Under the pieces are notes generated by a model. It made no database searches. It was not told the DNA's origin and worked only from the letters and a program-made list of their open reading frames with translations. A stretch of 64,000 nt of DNA, taken from NCBI GenBank assembly GCA_963716175.1, contig OY970296.1:1504001-1568000 (forward strand), written 5' to 3'. The position numbers and the translations under genes were made by a program. Below are positions 47,215 to 56,942 of this stretch, one piece after another (the stretch's first letter is position 1; each line of letters opens with the position of its first letter). The DNA is from an uncultured Armatimonadetes bacterium. GTDB taxonomy: Bacteria > Armatimonadota > Hebobacteria > Hebobacterales > Hebobacteraceae.

Positions 47215-48105
47215 TCATATCGCCTCGGCGATCCAGATCTGCTCATGGGATTCTGGGGCCAGGGGTTCGCGCGCGAAGCTCCCGTAAGCGGCCACCACCT
47301 GGTAGCCGCAGCTCTCCAGCAGTGGGGGCACTTCCGCCGGGAACAGGTAGCGCGCCACTAGGGTGTGCTCGAACTCGCGGGTGGTGCGGCCGGCCGAGTC
47401 CCTCCACTGATAGGTGATGTGAGAGATCACCTGCTGGCGCCGGGGGAGGAATTCGGTGGAGTCGAAGGCCACCACTTCGCCATCGGGCTCCGGTGCATGG
47501 AAGCGAGCCATCTCTTGTCTAGCAAGGCGTCCCTTGTCGAGCAGGTCGGCTGGTGGGACGAAGAAGCTCATGATCAGCTTCCCTCCAGGAGCGAGGTGGC
47601 GGCAGACGGCGCGCAGGGCGCGGCGCCGGTCGGCCGCAGTGAGCAGATAGAGGAAGGCGCGGAACGGGATGATGGCCAGCGGGAAGCGCCGGCGGAGGGC
47701 GAAGGCGCGCATGTCGGCGGCCACCGCCAGCACCCGGCCGGGCAGCTCGGGGTGGCCGGCGCGGTTGCGACCCAACACCCGGAGCATGGCGGGGGAGCTG
47801 TCAATGCCCACCACTTCCAGGCCGATAGCAGCGAGACAGAGCGCGAGCCGGCCGGTGCCGACGCCGATCTCCAGGATGGGGGAGCCGGCAGCCCTGGCCT
47901 CTTCGGCGAAGAAGAGGACGTCCTCCAGGTAGTTCCCCGGGTAACCGTCGTAGAGCTCGGCGATGGGGTCGTATTGGTTCTGGGTCGCGGCAAGAGGTCC
48001 GCCGGTGGCGGACCTCCGCAGGTTGTCGCTCGCTTCCGCTCGCGACGAACCTACGCCACTGGTGGGAGTGCGCTGGCTAGAATTGGCGCAGGAAACGCAT
48101 GTCAT
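47215..48105 (-). CDS. Class I SAM-dependent methyltransferase
   Basis: YDPIAELYD, ILEIGVGTGR, GIDSSPAML, ADMRAF; start uncertain. Confidence 0.8.
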   Translation of the reverse strand: MTCVSCANSSQRTPTSGVGSSRAEASDNLRRSATGGPLAATQNQYDPIAELYDGYPGNYLEDVLFFAEEARAAGSPILEIGVGTGRLALCLAAIGLEVVGIDSSPAMLRVLGRNRAGHPELPGRVLAVAADMRAFALRRRFPLAIIPFRAFLYLLTAADRRRALRAVCRHLAPGGKLIMSFFVPPADLLDKGRLARQEMARFHAPEPDGEVVAFDSTEFLPRRQQVISHITYQWRDSAGRTTREFEHTLVARYLFPAEVPPLLESCGYQVVAAYGSFAREPLAPESHEQIWIAEAI

Positions 48106-49186
48106 TTTCGTACAGGGTACGGATGTGCTCGATGCCGAAGCGGCGCTGGGCCATGCGCTCAATCCCGAAGCCGAAAGCGAATCCGCTCACCTTGTCCGGG
48201 TCGTAGCCGCCGGCGACCAGGACATTGGGATGCACCAGGCCGGAGCCGCCGATCTCCACCCAGCCGCTCTCCTTGCAGAAACGACAGCCCTGGCCGCCGC
48301 AGAACTCGCAGTTCACCGAGAAGTCGGCGCTGGGCTCGGTGAAGGGGAAGAAGTCGGGCCGGAAGCGCATGCGGGTCTGGGGGCCGAGGTACTCGCGCAA
48401 AAAGGTAGCGAGCGTTCCCTTGAGGTCAGAGAAGGTGATGCCCTCATCCACCAGCAGGCCCTCGATCTGGTAGAAGATGTCGTGATGGGTGAGGGTGACG
48501 CTCTCTCTCCGGTAGGTGCGGCCTGGCACCACCACACGGGTCGGGCTGGGCTGGCACCGGCAGTGGGAGAGCGCTTGCATGGGTGGGAAGCGGGGATCGA
48601 GGGTGCGGACCGGGCAGGACTCCTGGTGGTGGGCGCGCATCGCCCTGATCTGCACCGGGGAGGTGTGGGTGCGGAGCATGGTGTCATCGGTGACGTAGAA
48701 GCTGTCCTGCTCGTCCATGGCGGGATGGTCGGGGGGGTAGTTAAGCGCGGTCCAGTTCAGGGTGCACCACTCCACCTCGGGGCCGGTGGTGACCTCGTAG
48801 CCCAGGCCGACGAAGATGTCCAGCAGGCCCTCCAGGGTGGTCATGAGGGGGTGGCGATGGCCGATCTCCATGCCCCGGCCGGGGAGCGTGACGTCGAGCT
48901 GCTCGGCCGCCGCCTGCTGGGCGGCGGTCCGGGTTTCGAGCTGCTGGCGACGGCGCACCAGGGCGGCCTCGACCCGGGCGCGAGCTTCGTTGGCGGCGCG
49001 GCCGGCGGCCGGACGGGAGGCCGCGGGGAGGCGCCCCAGGCTGCGCAGGGCCGAGGTGAGCTTGCCCTCGCGGCCCAGGTAAGCGACTCGCACGCGATCC
49101 AGCTCAGGCAGCTCGTTGGCGGAGGCGAAGGCGGCCTCTGCCTCTTGCGCCAGATTCAGGATGTCTTCGGCGAAGTGGTCGGTCAT
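48077..49186 (-). CDS. pheS: Phenylalanine-tRNA ligase alpha subunit
   Basis: HPAMDEQDSFY, LRTHTSPVQ, FPFTEPS, GFAFGFGIER. Confidence 0.95.
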   Translation of the reverse strand: MTDHFAEDILNLAQEAEAAFASANELPELDRVRVAYLGREGKLTSALRSLGRLPAASRPAAGRAANEARARVEAALVRRRQQLETRTAAQQAAAEQLDVTLPGRGMEIGHRHPLMTTLEGLLDIFVGLGYEVTTGPEVEWCTLNWTALNYPPDHPAMDEQDSFYVTDDTMLRTHTSPVQIRAMRAHHQESCPVRTLDPRFPPMQALSHCRCQPSPTRVVVPGRTYRRESVTLTHHDIFYQIEGLLVDEGITFSDLKGTLATFLREYLGPQTRMRFRPDFFPFTEPSADFSVNCEFCGGQGCRFCKESGWVEIGGSGLVHPNVLVAGGYDPDKVSGFAFGFGIERMAQRRFGIEHIRTLYENDMRFLRQF

Positions 49187-49369
49187 GTGAGTTCCTCGTC
49201 CGTACAGAACTGCCCCACCCCTTCCGCCCCGATGGGCGTGAAGGGGTAGGCTACCACCCTGACGGCGGGCGGCGATGCGTCGTCCGCCTCCGCTGAAGCT
49301 GCGGCGGATCCCGCATGGCCGCCCTACAGCAGGGCAGGGGCAAGCCCCTGCCCAACGGGAAAGGCCCCA

Positions 49370-49730
49370 ACAGAAAAGCCGCGGCCTGTCCTGAAGGGAC
49401 GAAAGTGGCTGAGTCTGCTTTCGGCAGACCGCCACCCCGGCCCGCCTGCGGCGGGCCCAGGGGCCGAGGCTTCCGCGGTACCACCCATATTGCCCTGCTG
49501 CGCCAAGGCTAGGCAGGGCCGCTCTAGGTCCCGATAACGGGGGATAACCGGCGCCGCCTAGTGTCCCCGCAACTGCTCTCGGCGGGCATGCTTCGCATAC
49601 CCGCCCTACAGGGGGTTCAGCGGCGCGGCTCCGGGGCGAACTTCAGCGGATCACCCGCGGGAGCGCCTCTCAGCCGGTGAGCGCTCCTCTCTGGCGGGGT
49701 GCGGGCCGCTTACTCCTCCCCTTCGACGCC
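49370..49730 (-). ncRNA. T-box riboswitch (Phe specifier UUC)
   Basis: Minus strand: GA/AGTA motifs, AGAGAG and GCTGAGA boxes, GAAG-TTC specifier (49638-49640), T-box AATATGGGTGGTACCGCG (49474-49491), partner CGTCCC (49396-49401), U-tract. Confidence 0.9.
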
Positions 49731-49905
49731 GGTATGTGATTGTGGCAGGGAGTGTAGCATAGACGAGGTGAGAGCGGCAAGGGGAGTCGAGAGAAAGGCG
49801 CCGCGCGACGGGCGACGGACAGAGATACCCGCAGCGCAGTCGGCAGGGCAGGGTGGAAATCGCCGGGAGTCGAATCGCGGTCGGGGAGATGAGGAGGAGA
49901 GAGCG

Positions 49906-50550
49906 ATGGCGCGACGGGTGCGAGTCGGGGTGCTGGCCTCCGGGGGCGGGACGAATCTCCAGGCGATCATGGACAACTGCGCCTCCGGCCGGATTGGCGC
50001 CGAGGTGGCGGTGGTGATCAGTGACGTGGAGTGCGGGGCGCTGGACAGGGCCCGCAGGGCGGGCATCCCGGAGCACTGGCTGAACCGGCACGACAGGCAG
50101 CGCTTCCCCGATCGAGAGGCCTTCGACCGGGCGGTGTTGGAGCGGCTGGAGGCGCATCACGTGGATCTGGTCTGCCTGGCGGGTTACCTGCGGATCATGA
50201 CCGCGGAGCTGATTGACGCCTGCGCGGGCCGGATGATGAACACGCATCCGGCCTTGCTGCCCGCCTTCGGGGGGAAGGGCATGTGGGGCCATCACGTGCA
50301 TCAGGCGGTGCTCGACTACGGGTGCAAGGTATCTGGCTGCACCATCCACTTCGTGACTCTGGAGACCGATGGCGGGCCCATCATTCTGCAGCGGGCAGTG
50401 CCGGTGGAGGAGGACGACACCGCGGAGACGCTGGCGGCGCGCATCTTGCCCCACGAGCATGCGCTCTATTCCCGGGCGATCCAGCTGTTTGCCGAGGGCA
50501 GGTTGAAGATCGAGGGGAGGCGGGTGAGGATATTGCCGCAAGGAACGTGA
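49906..50550 (+). CDS. purN: Phosphoribosylglycinamide formyltransferase
   Basis: VLASGGGTNLQA, LAGYLRI, NTHPALLPAF, SGCTIHFV, DGGPII. Confidence 0.95.
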   Translation: MARRVRVGVLASGGGTNLQAIMDNCASGRIGAEVAVVISDVECGALDRARRAGIPEHWLNRHDRQRFPDREAFDRAVLERLEAHHVDLVCLAGYLRIMTAELIDACAGRMMNTHPALLPAFGGKGMWGHHVHQAVLDYGCKVSGCTIHFVTLETDGGPIILQRAVPVEEDDTAETLAARILPHEHALYSRAIQLFAEGRLKIEGRRVRILPQGT

Positions 50551-50603
50551 TCCGCAGATTACGCAGATTGCACAGATGAATGCGATCCGCAGATTACGCA
50601 GAT
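50551..50603. repeat. Repeat family C (TCCGCAGATTACGCAGAT tandem 9-mers)
   Basis: Copies at about 19481, 25068, 28973, 32405, 32481 (inverted), 35433, 50551 and 56075. Confidence 0.8.
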
Positions 50604-52158
50604 GAAGAAGAGGCCGCAGGCAGAGCCCGCGCCGCCGGAGACAGGTAGACAGGGGACCTCCCTGCTGCCGATCATCACCTGGATCCTGGGGGTGATGACC
50701 GCCTGGCAGGTGTTCATCTTCTTCGTGCACGCCTATCAGGCCATCGCCTTCCCCTACCAGTTGGACTACGGCGAGGGGCCCATTCTGGAGATCGCGCTCC
50801 GGGTGGCGCATGGGGAGGCGCTCTACCCACCGATCAACCAGCCCCCTTATGTGATCGCCAGCTATGAGCCGGTGTACTACCTGCTGTCGGCCCTGGGCGT
50901 GTGGATCAGTGGCCCCAGCTTTGTGGTGGGGCGGCTGCTCTCGCTGCTGAGCGCGCTGGCGATTGCGGTGTGCGTGGGGCTGATCGTGTGGAGGAGAAGC
51001 GGGCATCGCTTCGCCTCCTGGCTGGCGGCGGGACTGATTCTGGCGATGCCGCATTTCCTGGTGTGGTCCGCGCTGATGCGGATCGACATGCTGGCGCTGG
51101 CGCTTTCGGTGGGGGCCTTCTACCTGTTCACGCGGGGAAGGTGGAAGGCAGGAGCGCTGATGTTTGCGCTGGGCGTGTTCACGCGGCGCACGCAGGTGGC
51201 GGCGATGGTGCCGGCCTTCTTGGACTACCGGGACCAGAAGGGCTGGAGGCCGGCGGCGCGCGCCCTGGTGGTGCAGGTGGGGCTGGTGGCGGCCTTGATG
51301 GCCGGGGGAGTGCTGGTCACCAGGGGTGGCATGTTTCACCAGCTCTTCCTGCATACCGCCAGCTCGCTGGGCAAGGCCTGGTCGTGGCAGCAGTTGTGGT
51401 CGCTGCTGTGGGTGCCGGGGAATCCTTCGCCGATGAAGCTATGGCCGGTCTACTTCGTGATCACGGCCGTGGGTGCGATCTACTGCCTGGCGGCGCGCGG
51501 GCAGCGTCTCCTGTTTATCTATTTCGCGGCCGCCTGCGTGATCTTCCTCACGGGCGGGCGGATTGGCTCGGCGCACAACTATCTGATGGAGCCCACCGCG
51601 GTGGGGGCGATGATGTTCGGGGTGATGTGGGCCGACTTGTCGCGGCGGCCGGGCTGGACGCGGCCCGCGGTGATGGCGCTGGGGGGCGCGATCGTGCTGC
51701 AGATGCTGTGGACCGACCTGCACCTGCCGTACACCATCAGCCTGGCTCAGCCTCGGGTGGACCCGCGGGCCAGCCAATACGTGATAGACCGCATCGAGGA
51801 GGCGCACGGACCGGCGCTGTGCGAGGACGTAGGGCTGACCTTGCAGGCCGGCAAAGAGCCGCCGCTGATGCCGTTCGAGTTCGCGCAGATGGCGCGCCGG
51901 GGGGCGCTGGACCCGACGCCCGTGTTCCGGAAAGTGCGGGAGGGCGGCTATGCCCTGATCGTGCTGCGCTTCGATCCCTTCGATCCGCGCGAGATCGAGC
52001 TCCATCGGCCCGGGGAGGATTGGAAGGCGGGGCGCTGGCCGGACGGGATCATCGAGGGGGTGGTGGCGAGCTATCGGCTGGACCGGGAGGTGGGGCCGTA
52101 TTTCGTGTTCGTGCCGAAGGGAGGATGGCGCGAGGGAACCGCCGATGCACGCGGATGA
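50602..52158 (+). CDS. Multi-pass membrane GT-C fold glycosyltransferase (ArnT/PMT-like)
   Basis: LDYGEG, YEPVYY, GRLLSLL, RIDMLAL; many TM segments. Confidence 0.7.
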   Translation: MKKRPQAEPAPPETGRQGTSLLPIITWILGVMTAWQVFIFFVHAYQAIAFPYQLDYGEGPILEIALRVAHGEALYPPINQPPYVIASYEPVYYLLSALGVWISGPSFVVGRLLSLLSALAIAVCVGLIVWRRSGHRFASWLAAGLILAMPHFLVWSALMRIDMLALALSVGAFYLFTRGRWKAGALMFALGVFTRRTQVAAMVPAFLDYRDQKGWRPAARALVVQVGLVAALMAGGVLVTRGGMFHQLFLHTASSLGKAWSWQQLWSLLWVPGNPSPMKLWPVYFVITAVGAIYCLAARGQRLLFIYFAAACVIFLTGGRIGSAHNYLMEPTAVGAMMFGVMWADLSRRPGWTRPAVMALGGAIVLQMLWTDLHLPYTISLAQPRVDPRASQYVIDRIEEAHGPALCEDVGLTLQAGKEPPLMPFEFAQMARRGALDPTPVFRKVREGGYALIVLRFDPFDPREIELHRPGEDWKAGRWPDGIIEGVVASYRLDREVGPYFVFVPKGGWREGTADARG

Positions 52159-52211
52159 ACGGTGATGGAAAACAGCAGACGGCCGGCGGGCATGCCTGCG
52201 GCATACACGCC

Positions 52212-52781
52212 CTACAGTTCGCGGCGGGCGCGGTCGCGCTCGGCGAGGCCGGCGAGGTAGTGGTTGAGGGCCTCTTCCCAGCGCCCCTGTGTGCGCAGTA
52301 TGGCTTCCACCGCCTGGCGGGCGGCGCCGCGGCCGCCGGCGGCCGCGGTGACGAGATGCGCTTGCTGGAGGATCTCCGGCACGGCATCGGCGGGGGCGAT
52401 GGCGAGGCCGGCGATGCGCATGGCCTCCCGGTCATTGAGGTCATCGCCCATGTAGGCCACGTGCTCCAGGGCTAGCTGCTTGTCGGCGGCGAAGGCACGG
52501 AGGGCGGCGGCCTTATCGCCCACGCGCTGGAGGATATCGCCGATGTGCAGATCCCGCCCGCGCCGCTGCACCACGGAGGAGGCGCGGCCGGTCATGAGCG
52601 CGATCTGAAGCCCGGCCTCGGCGGCCACCCGGAGGCCGAGGCCGTCCTTGACATCGAAGGTCTTCGCTTCCTCGCCGGAGTCAGTGTAGATGACCTGGCC
52701 CTGGGTGAGGACGCCATCCACGTCCAGGACGAGCGCCTTGATGCCGGCCAGGCGAGCGCGCAGGTCGTCGCTGATTCTCAT
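52212..52781 (-). CDS. kdsC: KDO 8-phosphate phosphatase
   Basis: LDVDGVLT, FDVKDGLG, MGDDLND, GGRGAAR. Confidence 0.9.
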   Translation of the reverse strand: MRISDDLRARLAGIKALVLDVDGVLTQGQVIYTDSGEEAKTFDVKDGLGLRVAAEAGLQIALMTGRASSVVQRRGRDLHIGDILQRVGDKAAALRAFAADKQLALEHVAYMGDDLNDREAMRIAGLAIAPADAVPEILQQAHLVTAAAGGRGAARQAVEAILRTQGRWEEALNHYLAGLAERDRARREL

Positions 52782-53635
52782 CTCGGTGCCCCTTCCATGA
52801 TCGCGCGGCGGGCGGCGTCAACGGCCAGCACCTGGGCCAAGAGGGCCGGCAGCTCGGCGAGGGGCAACTGCGTCTCGCGATCCGATCCGGCCTGCTCGGG
52901 ATGAGGGTGGACCTCCAGGAAGAGGGCGTCAATGCCGGCGCCGGCGGCGGCCCGCGCGAGCGTCGGGATGAAGTGGCGCTGGCCGCCCGAGGCGCCGCCC
53001 GCGGCGCCCGGGAGCTGAACGCTGTGGGTGGCATCGAAGACGACCGGCCACCCTAGCGCGCGCATGGCCGCCAGGCCTCGCATATCCACGACCAGATTGT
53101 GGTAGCCGAAAGTGGTGCCGCGCTCGGCCAGCAGCACGCCGCCATTCCCGGAGGCGGTGGCCTTGGCAGCGATGGGGGCCATATCCTCGGGGGCCATGAA
53201 CTGGCCCTTCTTGATCAGCAAGGGCTTGCCGGTGCGGGCGGCGGCCACCACCAGGTCGGTCTGGCGGCAGAGCAAGGCCGGGATCTGGAGCAGGTCGGCG
53301 ACCTGGGCGACCGTCTCTGCTTGGTCGGGCTGGTGGATGTCGGTGTTTATGGGAAGGCCGGTCTCGGTCTTCACCGCCGCCAGGATCTTCAGTCCCTCCT
53401 CCAGGCCAGGTCCGCGGAAAGAGTCCAGGCTCATCCGGTTGGCCTTGTCGAAGGAGGCCTTGAAGATGATGGGGAGGTGAAACTCATCGGCGACTCTGGC
53501 CAGGGCGCGGGCGATGTGGAGGGCCATATCCCTATCATCCATCACGCAGGGGCCGGCGATGAGGGCGAGCGGATTGTCGCCGCCGATGGTGACGGAGGCG
53601 ACGGAGACGGGCTTGGTTGCGGGGTAGCTGATCAT
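52778..53635 (-). CDS. kdsA: KDO 8-phosphate synthase
   Basis: IAGPC, KASFDKANR, KKGQF, ERGTTFGY, DATHSVQ. Confidence 0.95.
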   Translation of the reverse strand: MISYPATKPVSVASVTIGGDNPLALIAGPCVMDDRDMALHIARALARVADEFHLPIIFKASFDKANRMSLDSFRGPGLEEGLKILAAVKTETGLPINTDIHQPDQAETVAQVADLLQIPALLCRQTDLVVAAARTGKPLLIKKGQFMAPEDMAPIAAKATASGNGGVLLAERGTTFGYHNLVVDMRGLAAMRALGWPVVFDATHSVQLPGAAGGASGGQRHFIPTLARAAAGAGIDALFLEVHPHPEQAGSDRETQLPLAELPALLAQVLAVDAARRAIMEGAPR

Positions 53636-53644
53636 GGCGACAAC

Positions 53645-54535
53645 TCAGCTCTCTTCAGGGCAGGAGGCAAGCTCCTGCCCAACGGAAAGCACGTCGTCCG
53701 GCGAGGCCAGCGGCCTGGCGCCCTGGGCCAGCAGGTCCGCAGTGCCACGGCTGGGATGATCTTGCGGCCACTTCACGGCGAACACCTTCCGGCCCTCCTG
53801 GAGGGCGCACTTCGCCGTGTGCACGGCCCCACCCTCTGGCCTGGCCTCGATCACGATCACCGCCTGGGCGAGGCCGGCGATGATGCGGTCGCGGGCGAAG
53901 AGAGCTTGCGGCAGGAGCGGTGCGGTGGGCGAGAGTTCGGAGCAGAGCGCGCCGGCCTCGGCGACTTGCCCGGCGAGGCCGCCTTGGCCCTGGTTCAGAG
54001 CCGTGAGGAGGCCGCACCCGCAGACGCCTACAGTGAGGCCGTTCGCCTCCAGTGTGGCCTCGTGCGCGGCGGCGTCAATGCCCGCGGCCAGGCCGCTGAT
54101 CACGACCAGGCCGGCCTCAACCAGCTTCGCGGCGGCGGCGCGCGCCCAAGCCAAACCCTCCTCGGAGGCTTGGCGGCTGCCGATGACCGCCATCCCTGGT
54201 GTACGGTTCAGATCTATGCGGCCGAACCACCAGAGCACAGGTGGAGCGGAACTGGTGGAGAGGAGACGGGAGGGGTAGTCAGGATCGGGCCAGATCAGCG
54301 GGCGAAGGCCCTGCTCGTCGAGAGCGAGGAGGTCGGCCTCCATCTCTTCGAGGTGGGACGGTACCTCGGCAAGCTGACTGGCGAGAGATTCCGGCAGGTC
54401 GGCGCGCGCCAGGATCTCGTCCGGCCCCGCCTCGAGAGCGGCGAGGGCGCTGCCGAACTCCTCCAGCAGCCGCCGGAAGCGGACCGGGCCCAATCCGCTG
54501 ACCGCGCTCAGGGCCACCCAGGCGGCGCGCTCCAT
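53645..54535 (-). CDS. dprA: DNA-processing protein DprA/Smf
   Basis: GLGPVRF, IGSR, ISGLAAGIDAAAH, RDRIIAGL. Confidence 0.85.
   Translation of the reverse strand: MERAAWVALSAVSGLGPVRFRRLLEEFGSALAALEAGPDEILARADLPESLASQLAEVPSHLEEMEADLLALDEQGLRPLIWPDPDYPSRLLSTSSAPPVLWWFGRIDLNRTPGMAVIGSRQASEEGLAWARAAAAKLVEAGLVVISGLAAGIDAAAHEATLEANGLTVGVCGCGLLTALNQGQGGLAGQVAEAGALCSELSPTAPLLPQALFARDRIIAGLAQAVIVIEARPEGGAVHTAKCALQEGRKVFAVKWPQDHPSRGTADLLAQGARPLASPDDVLSVGQELASCPEES
53658..53685. repeat. REP family B (GGGCAGGAG-CAAG-CTCCTGCCCAACG)
   Basis: Copies at about 18542, 20750, 21623, 24150, 43225, 44851, 49331, 53658 and 55247. Confidence 0.85.
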
Positions 54536-55200
54536 CAGGCGTCTCGCCGATAGCGCGTTTTGGTGAGGGCCGCGACCACGACTTCCCCGGCGCCGGCCTG
54601 CATCAGCACCCGCCACACCTCCTCCAGGGTGGCGCCGCTGTCGTAGACATCGTCGAGCAGAAGCAGCTTCTTGCCTGTGATGAAGTCAGCGCGACGGACC
54701 TGGAACGCGGCGCGCACGTTCTGGCGTTTGTCATCGAAGCGCGAGAGGTCTTTCTGGTGGGCCAGCTTGCGGGTGCAAGCGAGGAAATGGGGGAGGCAGC
54801 GGACGCGCATCTCCCTCGCCAGGGCGCGCGCCAAGTCGCATGTGGGAGGCACGCGCAGGCGCGCAGTGGTGGCCGGGACGTGGACGATGACCTCCACATG
54901 CTGGAATGTCGAGATGTCCGTGTGGCCTGTAGGGGCGTCATTCATGACACCCGCGCTCGGGCGCGATGACCTGCACCCCTACCTGTCAACGCGGCCGCCA
55001 GCGCCTGCGCCAGGGGCCGCGCCAACGCGCGCTCGCCGCCGTACTTGAACCGATCGAGCAGGTCGCCGACCGCGGTGCGTCCTTCGTCGCCTTCCCGCGA
55101 GTGGGGCAAGAGGGCGAGGCCCGCAGGCCAGGGGCCAGGCAGGGGGACGGGGCCCAAGACTGCCAGCCCGAGCGCGTCGGCCGGCGATACCTGCAGTGGA
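54535..55200 (-). pseudogene. ComF-like phosphoribosyltransferase split into two ORFs by a REP insertion
   Basis: RTAVGDLLDRFKYGG in 54942-55271 and LLLDDVYDSGATL in 54535-54945; GTAGGGG...CCCCTAC palindrome at the break; 5' end approximate. Confidence 0.7.
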
Positions 55201-55335
55201 CCGCGAAATAGAGGCCGCACCAATTCCTCCCGCTTGCCGCTACAACGGGCAGGAGGCAAGCTCCTGCCCAACGCAGAGGAAGAGTCCCCCCGGAGGACCA
55301 GGCCCCACAGAAACGGCGGGGTCCTTCGGCTTCGC

Positions 55336-56121
55336 TCAGGATGACAGCCGGTGCGGGCCCGCTGCCCTCAGCCTCTCCAGATCGGCCGGGGTGTCAACAC
55401 CCGGCGAGGCGTGGGAGACGATCACGACGCGGAGGCGGTGGCCGTGCTCTAACACGCGGAGCTGCTCCAGGCGCTCGGCCTGCTCCAGGGGGGTGGGGGA
55501 GAGCTGGGCCAGAGAGAGGAGGAAATCGCGCCGGTAGACGTAGAGGCCGAGGTGGCGGTAGCGGACGGCGTCGGCATGGGGGTCGCGCACGAACGGGATG
55601 GGCAGGCGGGAGAAGTAGAGAGCGAAGCCCTGGCGGTCGAGCACGACCTTGACGACATTGGGATTGGCGAGGTCGGAGAGGTCCTCGATGGAGCAGCAGA
55701 GGGTGCCCATGGGGATGGAGGGATCCTCGGCCAGGGGGGCGATGGCGGCGTCAATGAAGGCGGGGTCAATCAGGGGCTCGTCGCCCTGCACGTTGACGAT
55801 AAGGTCGGCGGCGAGGCCGGCGGCCACCTCCGCGACGCGGTCGGTGCCGCTGGGGTGATCGGCGCGGGTCATCGCCACTTCAGCGCCGAAGCCCCTCGCC
55901 GCAGTGGCGATGCGCTGGTCATCAGTGGCGATGATGACGCGGCTGGCCCGGGTGGCCCGGGAGGCGCGCTCCCAGACATGCTGGATGATCGGTTTTCCCC
56001 AGAGATCGGCCAGGGGCTTGCCGTGGAAGCGGGCGGAGCCGTAGCGAGCGGGGATGATGATGGCAACGGCCCTATCCGCAGATGACGCAGATTGCACAGA
56101 CGGAGGTGGCACTGAAGTCAC
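55336..56121 (-). CDS. kdsB: CMP-KDO synthetase
   Basis: [43 protein letters not shown]. Confidence 0.95.
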   Translation of the reverse strand: MTSVPPPSVQSASSADRAVAIIIPARYGSARFHGKPLADLWGKPIIQHVWERASRATRASRVIIATDDQRIATAARGFGAEVAMTRADHPSGTDRVAEVAAGLAADLIVNVQGDEPLIDPAFIDAAIAPLAEDPSIPMGTLCCSIEDLSDLANPNVVKVVLDRQGFALYFSRLPIPFVRDPHADAVRYRHLGLYVYRRDFLLSLAQLSPTPLEQAERLEQLRVLEHGHRLRVVIVSHASPGVDTPADLERLRAAGPHRLSS

Positions 56122-56295
56122 CGGGCGGCTGCGGAGTCTTGCGCTGCATTCTAGTGAGCGGGGCGGCCGCCGTCAAACGCGATCGGCCGGGCGAATGCGG
56201 GCTTGCTCCGGGTGGACGGGCCGTGTTATCATCGGGCGGCGGCGCGGCCGGCCGAGCCGCTGGGGACTATTTCCCAGATTCCCGCTCTAGTTCGG

Positions 56296-56324
56296 TTGAC
56301 AAGGGGCGGGGTTTCTGGTACGTT
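56296..56324 (+). promoter_or_regulatory. Sigma70-type promoter of the str operon
   Basis: TTGACA-17 nt-TACGTT with TG extension. Confidence 0.7.
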
Positions 56325-56416
56325 TTACACTTGTCGTCTCTCGTCGCAGAGCCCCAAGGAAGCTGAGCGGCAGGCGCGAGAGGCGCGTTAGCGCGTTGCT
56401 GCGCGAAGGGCGGAAG

Positions 56417-56839
56417 ATGCCGACCATCAGTCAGCTAGTGCGAAGGGGGCGGAAGAGGAAGAAGGCGGTGCCGACGCCGACTGTGCGCTGGGCGCTGGGC
56501 TGGCACTTCAACGCCGCCCAGCGGCGCTTCCGCCGGTCGCCGGGGCCGCTGAAGCGGGGGGTGTGCACCCAGGTCAAGACCACCACCCCGAGGAAGCCGA
56601 ACTCGGCGCTGCGCAAAGTGGCCCGGGTGCGCCTGAGCAACCGGATCGAGGTGTGGGCCTACATCCCGGGGGAGGGGCACAACCTGCAGGAGCACTCGGT
56701 AGTGCTGGTGCGGGGAGGACGAGTGAAGGACTTGCCCGGGGTGCGCTACCACATCGTGCGGGGGGTGCTGGACACCGCGGGCGTGGAGCAGCGCAAGCAA
56801 GGGCGGTCGCGGTACGGGACGAAAGCGGAGAAGAAGTAG
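56417..56839 (+). CDS. rpsL: 30S ribosomal protein S12
   Basis: [28 protein letters not shown]. Confidence 0.97.
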   Translation: MPTISQLVRRGRKRKKAVPTPTVRWALGWHFNAAQRRFRRSPGPLKRGVCTQVKTTTPRKPNSALRKVARVRLSNRIEVWAYIPGEGHNLQEHSVVLVRGGRVKDLPGVRYHIVRGVLDTAGVEQRKQGRSRYGTKAEKK

Positions 56840-56942
56840 CGCGGGGGAGGGGCAGGTCGCGTGGCTAGGCCTGCTCCGCAGGCCGCCACCCCGGCCGCCG
56901 CAGGCGGCCTAGGGGGAGCTGCCCTACTGGAGCGAGAGAGCG

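Noticed and set aside
19481-56100. CRISPR array from CGCAGAT-type repeats
   Set aside because: Copies are dispersed or short tandem 9-mers without regular unique spacers; no cas genes
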